A stretch of DNA of 64,000 nucleotides from Callorhinchus milii. Lineage: Eukaryota. Below the pieces are notes generated by a model. That model was not told the origin of the DNA. It ran no database searches and was given only the letters and a program-made list of their open reading frames with translations. Location: contig NW_024704743.1 of assembly GCF_018977255.1 (NCBI RefSeq), positions 9,922,001 through 9,986,000 on the forward strand, written 5' to 3'. The position numbers and the translations under genes were made by a program. Below, one piece after another: positions 62,530 through 64,000 of the stretch; the first letter of the stretch is position 1; each line of letters opens with the position of its first letter.

Positions 62530-63972
62530 TCAGAGAGGAAATATGAAATAGTAAATGCTCTGACTAGAATTTTTCAAACATTCTTGGAGTCAAAAGTTGT
62601 GCCAGGAGACTGGAGGGCAGCTAATGTAACACCTCTGTTTATAAAGGGAAAATAGGCCTGTCAGTTCACTGTGGGAAAACTTTTACAGCCTATAATTCAG
62701 GATAATATTAATAACCACTTAGAAAGACATGGGTTGATTAAAGACAGTCAACATTAAAAGCAAGTTTTGCCTGATAAAACTAATAGTTTTTTTTGATCAT
62801 CTAACAGAGAAAATAGATGAGTTAATGCTGTAGATGTGGTATATATGGATTTTCAGAAGGCTTCGAAAAAGATGCCTCAATGGAGGCTTATCAACAAAAA
62901 AGGTTTTGTGGTGTCAATGTAAATGTAGCAACATGGATAGAAAGTTGGTTAAATATAGGAAACAGAGGGTAGGGATACAGGGTTGTTATTCACAATGAAG
63001 CGATGTAAATAGTGGAGTCCTTAAGGGTTAGTGTTAGGACTACCTCTTTTCTCAATTTATATGGATTCTGCTATAAAAGGGGCACATTTACTAAGTTTGC
63101 AGTTGACATTAAAATACAGCTAACAGTGAAGAAGATTGTAAGCAACTTTAGGAGCCATAGACAGATTAGCTGATCGGGCAGAGAAACGGCAAATGAAATT
63201 TATTTTGGACAAAGTGAGGTTATACATTTTGGGAAGAAGATTAAGGACAACAAATATAAGTTGATTGATATAATATTAAAAATGAGTGGAACATGGAAAG
63301 AAAGGGACTTGGGGTTAATGTATATAAATCCTTAAAGATGGGAAGGCAAGTAGACAAAGCTGTTAAAAAAGTTAATGGAATCCTAGGTTTTATAAATAGG
63401 GGTATAGGGGTATAAATGTAATACTAAACTGATATAAATTAATAGCTAGACTATATTTAGAATATTCTATCCATATTGGTTACACCACTTTAGGAAAGAC
63501 ATCAAGGCAATAGAGACTGTGCAGAGGAAATTTACTTGGATGATACTGGAATCATGGGATCCTTTGGCCTATGAGCAGAGATTGGAGGAACTGGGACTCT
63601 TATTTTCTGGAACAAAGAAGGTTGAAGGATGACATGATAGAGATCTTTAAAATTATGGGGGGTTTTGATAGAGTCAATAGGGAGAAATTATGTTCACTGG
63701 TGGGTGAATTAGTAACTAGGGGGTATCAACTTAAGATAAAAAAACGAGCCTAGGAGATTTAGCATATGGAATGCTCTGTTAGGAACAAAATTGAGGCAAA
63801 ATCCATATCGGCTTTAAGAGTGAACCAGACAGATACTTTAAAAAGAGTCAGCTATAGGGGGTATGGGGAACGGGCTGGTAAGCAAGACCGAAAGGATTGA
63901 TCTTGAGGGAGCCGGGAGAGACACAATAGGTTGAAAGACCTTTTTCTATCCTGTAAATTTCCACGATTCTAT
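62530..63972 (+). mobile_element. CR1 LINE, degenerate ORF2 RT region and 3' end
   Basis: Remnants VPGDWRAANVTPLFIKG, AVDVVYMDFQKAS, LEQRRLKDDMIEIFKIMGGFDRV, with many stops. CR1-type terminus GATTCTATG. Confidence 0.85.
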
Positions 63973-64000
63973 GGAGACATCCTCCCAACGTGAAAAGCGC

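Overview
Vertebrate genomic DNA. The repeat content (Deu-domain SINEs, tRNA-Ala SINEs with L2 tails, CR1/L2 LINEs, a Penelope-type repeat) points to a cartilaginous fish, possibly a chimaera; this is inference. The window holds the gene order known from human chr10p11: the last three coding exons and ~3 kb 3'UTR of CCNY (+), a complete two-exon GJD4 connexin (+, 445 aa) and single-exon FZD8 (-, 587 aa) with a TATA/CCAAT promoter next to an ~830 bp GA-rich minisatellite. The rest is largely a mosaic of SINE and LINE fragments. I found no novel protein-coding system. The best leads are non-coding: a minimal hammerhead-ribozyme motif in a Penelope-like remnant; an 86-bp palindrome downstream of FZD8; a CpG-rich pseudoknot-like fold in the CCNY 3'UTR; a stepwise SINE subfamily series whose tail converges on the local L2; an unidentified ~550 bp repeat that forms an intronic inverted pair; a 154-bp locally templated insertion; a strong CTCF site; and uORF, G4 and miR-99/100 control elements on FZD8. 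Repeat boundaries are approximate because they were read by eye.
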